Source: Amphiscolops sp. MND2022 | Taxonomy: Eukaryota | DNA: 64,000 nt | NCBI GenBank assembly: GCA_964187785.1 | Contig: OZ076409.1 | Coordinates: 30,506,001-30,570,000, forward strand | Direction of reading: 5' to 3' | In this document: positions 60,101 through 64,000 of the stretch, in pieces | Numbering within the stretch: position 1 is the first letter of the stretch | Layout: each line of letters starts with the position of its first letter | Notes under the pieces: generated by a model | The model's database searches: none | What the model saw: only the letters and a program-made list of their open reading frames with translations | What the model was told of the DNA's origin: nothing | Translations under genes and position numbers: made by a program

Positions 60101-60767
60101 CTGCCGCCAAAATGGAGTTGCGACCTCCAAAACTACGCCCTACCACCCCCAGGGCAATGGCCAAAACGAGCGCTACAACGGAATTGTGTGGAAAGCAGTT
60201 CAGTGCCTGCTACACTCCACAAACCGCCCACTAACTGACTGGGAAAGTGTCCTACCATCAGCGCTCTCGTCGATTCGGACAATTATCAATACCGTAACCA
60301 AGGAGAGCCCTCATGATCGCTTCTTCTGTTTCAAACGCGGCGAGCCGCTGATCCGTCCCTCCAGTAGCGCACCTTGGCTCAGAGCAGACGCTCCCGCGTA
60401 CCTCCGGAAATTTGTAAGGGCGAAAGACCAAGCTCCCGTTGTGTCTGTACAGATATCCGAAGTCATCTCCCCTCATCTTGCACGAGTCTCCTTTGGCGAT
60501 GGGCGAGCTGACATTGTTTCTACAAGTGACCTCTCTCGACGACCGCCGAATATTGACAATGAAGGAACGACCTCACAACCAGCAGGTCAATACAAAGACA
60601 AGGAGACCGATGTAGACATCAGAACCGAAGGTGAACCACGTAAATCTGTGGAACCAATAAAGGAATCTCAATTCAGCCCGGACTCTCCCGCTCCCACCTT
60701 GCGACGCTCGGCTAGGAACAGGAAACCTCCTACATACCTAAGCGACTTTGTGTCGGCTATGAACTAG
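57174..60767 (+). CDS. Gag-Pol polyprotein, 1197 aa (two CCHC knuckles, protease, RT, RNase H, integrase)
   Basis: CQFCGLKQHPRSKC and CHKCSKAGHWASVC; IDTG; IDLKSAYHQI, LPFG and YLDD; TDASG, EREA, TDQK and ADALSR; HETLAH..CKTC, IDIVG, VDEFSRFPF, SDRG and NGQNER. No stops. Confidence 0.97.
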   Translation: MKFKLPDLPSNPSPEKWKWWKKCFEDGLRINGTTEDADKLVFLRIFVGSDYFTLLESSATFADALRTLDRQFLKPTRVLFARHQMLSASQKDDESIVQFSGRLKRLVEDCECTNLTVQAHKDYLVRDALISGLRSDDIRAGLLELEDSKADIDSCISLACAIELSSDFSKSFRSAEPSTVAATKPFSQTTRRQPDRPGNSAAQQVSNKPRPRCQFCGLKQHPRSKCSAKKDTCHKCSKAGHWASVCRSTAAVLQQSSDDEPETAAVLCSTGISPATLNVSLKFAGSNEQVQAMIDTGTTGSFISASTAAKYGLNVRAKRKVTALANGDSLITSGTAKAKIEVNQKTYQVLFTVAKHLVADVILGLDVLRQHHSVRLELGGDRPETVISAGLKELEFPAMKIAPPTILSKTVYSAKPIATKSRRHKPQDVTFMDSEVNRMLAEGIIQVSTSPWRAQAFVVRDGPKPRMVIDYSQTINRHTSKDAFPFPNMQDLLDQAAENTTFSKIDLKSAYHQIPLHRKDMSFTAFEVNGRLFEFTGLPFGVTNAVAAFQREMTAFVRRHNLKRTHPYLDDVIIGGRSEEEHQENLKNFLKAAEIEGLTLNKAKCVFGCKTVPMLGHIVGAGSKRPDPSRIKTLMDFLIPENSSQLKRSLGFFAYNAKWIADYSNKVAPLLATQKQLAFPLNQASRLAIATLKKEVASAVLWLPRANEPLVLQTDASGTGIGATLTQNDKPVGFFSRTLKHSEMAYSVVEREAMAILEGFRRFSDLLRTSRVLVRTDQKALSFIFGPNSSRVKNDKLIRWRLELSEDNFEISYQRGCQNVSADALSRLASLQPSCKTLHETLAHPGVARLYEYIQRHKVPISLYEAKRVTENCKTCALWKPRFLRPPGSDLIRSSKPWERLSIDIVGPKPITRNKNQYLLTVVDEFSRFPFAFPLRNITSSSVIKCLSTLFAIFGTPGFIHSDRGTQFVSSELQIFCRQNGVATSKTTPYHPQGNGQNERYNGIVWKAVQCLLHSTNRPLTDWESVLPSALSSIRTIINTVTKESPHDRFFCFKRGEPLIRPSSSAPWLRADAPAYLRKFVRAKDQAPVVSVQISEVISPHLARVSFGDGRADIVSTSDLSRRPPNIDNEGTTSQPAGQYKDKETDVDIRTEGEPRKSVEPIKESQFSPDSPAPTLRRSARNRKPPTYLSDFVSAMN

Positions 60768-60789
60768 AGACTTTCGAAGCGGGAAGGAG

Positions 60790-60943
60790 TGTTATGAATG
60801 TAATATATATATATATATGTAGTTATTAATACTGTTATATAATGTCGTTGTGTCATTTATGTTAACCTAATTGTTGTATGTATACTTCAGATGAATGCTT
60901 ATCGAATAGAAACTTACTGCAAGTAGTGTTTTTCCCCACGACA
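60790..60943 (+). repeat. 3' LTR of element E (154 bp)
   Basis: TGTTATG...CACGACA directly after the purine tract; the satellite unit resumes afterwards. Confidence 0.75.
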
Positions 60944-61539
60944 GTATCTATGTGTGCAATTTCAAAAAATTCGTATAACTGGGATTCGGAGCGAGTCAGA
61001 AGGAAAAAGACTTAAGCTGACTCCTTTACCGCATATGCGGCTCTGGTTTGATTTGACATTTTAACGTTCGCCCTCCTTGAAGACGGGTGTCTGTAAATAG
61101 GTCGAATTTTTCTGGTCGAAAAGACAGAGGTCGAACCTTTTGATCGAATTGCAGGGATCGAATGGAATGCGGTCGACTTTTATCGTATTTGTTGTATGGC
61201 TCGGTCGCTTCGCTCCCTTCGCCAAGTAGCAACATTGAGGCATGGCCATATGGCACGTCGCTCCGCTTCGCTCCTGCATTCAGGGCACTAGGGGTATGTG
61301 AACATATCTGACTACGTTATAAAAGTTTCGATCCGAGTTGTTTCGATCCCATTCAAAAATTTGGTATGTCAACCTGAGGACTAACTGATTTTCGATCCCG
61401 TTCCTTCGACCTACTTCCGCCGAATTTCGGACGTTTCGGCAAAAACATGGCGGCGGACGTTTCGGCAAAAAAAATTGCCGAAACGTCTCGAATTTTTTTT
61501 TGTCGAAACGTCCTGCTCCCCTTCCGCCCACCCACCAAA

Positions 61540-62661
61540 TGTTTGGAACGTGCCAGAGGCAGTGTTTATTGGCTCGGTATCACCAATCAAATCAAACAGA
61601 AGGTCGCGAGTTGCTCCTCTTGTCCAGCCTACCAAAAGGAGTGCAACACTGAACCATTGCTAGAGCATGAGCGTCCAGAACAACCATGGTCCAAGATAGG
61701 TGAGGATATCATTTACTGGAATGGGAATGACTACTTGTTAGCGGCAGATTACGCGTCAGGTTGCCCAGAGGTTGTTCGTCTACAAGGCAAAGATTCATCT
61801 GCTATCATTGTAGCATTTAAAATGCTACTTTCGCGATATGGTATACCACTAGTTGTTATAAGTGACAACGAACCTCGACTTACTAGTTTCGAAGTTCAGG
61901 AGTTTGACAAAAACTGGGGTATTACATTACTTACGTCGTCGCCGTATCACCCAAAATCTAACGGCCTTGCTGAACGTTCCAATCAAACCGTGAAAAATTC
62001 ACTCAAAAAATCATTAGCGGCCAATGATGATCCATTTTTGGCTCTCCTTACATTCCGTGGATCACCGAAGTTCAAAGAGGAAATTAATCTTGATTCTCTT
62101 ACATTTAACAGGCGTGATTGTTCTGGAAAGTTTAGAGTAGGAGATCAGGTCAACGTTTTTGATCATCGTGCCAAATGTTTCAACAAACAAGGACTTGTGA
62201 AGTCGATTGATGCCCCGAGATCAGTCACTGTCGACACTGGCGAACTATCAATTCGCAGAAATCAACAACTGATACGACAGTCACAAGGTCCATTGCCAAT
62301 TCTTCCAAAGGAATCATCTGACTTATATGAGTTATCATCACCCGGTGAGGGGGAGGAGCGGATACCGGAACCTACACCAGTTGAAAGCATTGGTGTACCA
62401 TCGCCACCCGACAATTCACCACCACAAGTGACTGGGAAACAAGTTACAACACGATGTGGTCGACAGGTGCGAAAACACGCTAGGTATCGATAAACTGTGC
62501 CATGTTTGTCACCACGATGCCACGAAACGAACTGAGGGGAGTTGTCATAGATTATGTGTTTTTATATGTTGTCTTTGACAATCAATACTTAATTTGTTGT
62601 ATTTTCAGTTATCTGATGTGTTAATCTGCCGTTAGTATATCGTCTTGATATTGACCTAACA
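61540..62661 (+). mobile_element. Gypsy (Mag-like) integrase fragment F with PPT and probable short LTR (62543-62661)
   Basis: ERARGSVYWLG..CSSC, PWSKIGED, DYASG, SDNEP and SSPYHPKSNGLAER. GAGGGGAG is followed by TGTCATAG...CCTAACA. Confidence 0.8.
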
Positions 62662-63299
62662 ACTATTTTACAATTGTTGTTTTGCACCGAGCTATTACAC
62701 CATACGATTCGATCGAAAATTTCTACAGTCCTTTTCTGCACCATAGTATGGTCTGTGTGCAATTTCAATAATTTCTTATAACTGGGATTGGAGCGAGTCA
62801 GAAGGAAAAAGGCCTAAGCCGACTCCTTTACCGTATATGCGGCTCTGGTTCTTCGTGAGCATGTTCATTTTCCAGTTTGAGGATCGGTTTCAGTGAAATA
62901 CCGCTTCACTATAGATTTAACGTCTTGATATTTTCAACATCTCGAATGAACATACAGTGAGAAGCCAGTATTTCTAAGAAATATTCGAGTGATGCATTGT
63001 GACAATAATTTGCATTATTTGCACTTATTATAAGTTGCACTTGTTTTTCTCAGGAATAGTTAGTATACAATTAATTGCAATTAATTGTTGAGGTTGCAAT
63101 CAATTATTTGTAATTGCTCTGGCCTTGCAATCAATTAATGATCGCTGATATTTGATACTTCAATCAAATGACACTATAATTTTCATTTCAGAGGGTAATC
63201 TGAGATGCGGGCTTTTTCAGAGGTGCGAACTCAGGTCAGGACAGTCGGTTCGCCAACGAGCAGTCCAAACTCAACAAGGGCCTCGAGCGCAAAGTTGAC

Positions 63300-64000
63300 A
63301 TGAATAAGAATAACCAAACTTGGAAAAGTTTTCGCCCAATCTCTATCCTGCCGAAGTGCTCCCTTGTGTTCGAACAATTTATCTAAAAAATGATCCCTTC
63401 ATACGATCTAAAATTGCTACGTGTCAATATGGTTTCATTGATAGACGTTCAACAATTACTCAACTTATTGCGTAAAATGGGCTTTGGAGGATCTCTTTTG
63501 AAGCTTCAGCTCCTATTTGACATATCGAAAGCAATGTGCGGTTGTTAATACTGTTAAGACGCCTTTTTCCAGATACTATTGGAGTTCCACAGGGTTCAAT
63601 TTTAGGTCCTTTTTTCTAGTTTTCATCAATTTAATACCTGATAAATTTACATTAACAACTGCTTTTTTGTTTGCAGATGACCTGAAACTAACGTAACCGA
63701 ATGAAGTCGATAGATGTGGAACCGGAAAGAGTCCTCCAATGGCTATCTCTCTCATAGTTTGGAATTAACTATGACAAAACAGTTCTTTTCACGTATCCTC
63801 GTGCCATGGTTGAGTTCAATTTTGGGGACTTTAGTGAAATCCTCTTCATCAGTCAAAGATCTAGGTATGGTAGTTGACAATTCGCTATCTGGAATCCCGC
63901 ATTTTGATAGAAGATGCGAACATGCTTCTAGTGTATGTCGTATTTCCTGCGGATCAAAACATGGTGCAGTGAAAGCTAGTATTCACTGGAAGGCACATAC
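63300..64000 (+). pseudogene. LINE reverse transcriptase remnant
   Basis: FRPISILPK, QYGFIDRRSTITQL, GVPQGSILGP, LFADDLKL and KDLGMVVDNSL. Stops and deletions. Confidence 0.85.

Larger units (their letters stand above)
56863..60943 (+). mobile_element. Gypsy element E: intact gag-pol, PPT and short 3' LTR; no 5' LTR seen
   Basis: Single long ORF. Purine tract GAAGCGGGAAGGAG precedes the TG..CA LTR at 60790-60943. Inserted within a ~180-bp repeat unit. Confidence 0.9.

Noticed and set aside
61447..62493. 348-aa ORF as a complete gene
   Set aside because: Its first ~30 codons come from a GACGTTTCGGCAAAAA-type repeat fused to a truncated integrase with degraded catalytic motifs.

Overview
This is an AT-rich, animal-like eukaryotic window made almost entirely of transposable elements. 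I found no confident host gene, RNA gene or CRISPR array, and there is one 200-N gap (33941-34140). It holds six Ty3/Gypsy LTR retrotransposon pieces. Element B (36360-51832, +) is full length at 15.5 kb, with ~2.2 kb LTRs and an AGAAC target duplication. Element A (~6760-21880, -) is a related, more decayed copy. C (21884-~27400) is a pol fragment, D (~28000-31085) a gag/protease remnant, E (57174-60767) an uninterrupted 1197-aa gag-pol, and F (~61540-62661) an integrase fragment. The window also has three LINE reverse-transcriptase remnants, a Maverick/Polinton remnant (integrase plus capsid-like ORF), several MITEs, Helentron-like repeats, a ~180-bp tandem family and a near-perfect 162-bp palindrome. 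The main finding is that the divergent elements A and B both carry the same cassette between pol and the 3' LTR. It consists of (i) an antisense, intron-containing gene for a Cx2C-x16-H-x5-H zinc-finger protein that resembles a hAT transposase lacking its catalytic C-terminal motif, and (ii) a divergently oriented sense ORF that in B runs through the PPT into the 3' LTR. In both elements gag starts inside the LTR. All family assignments come from motif recognition by eye; no searches were run.
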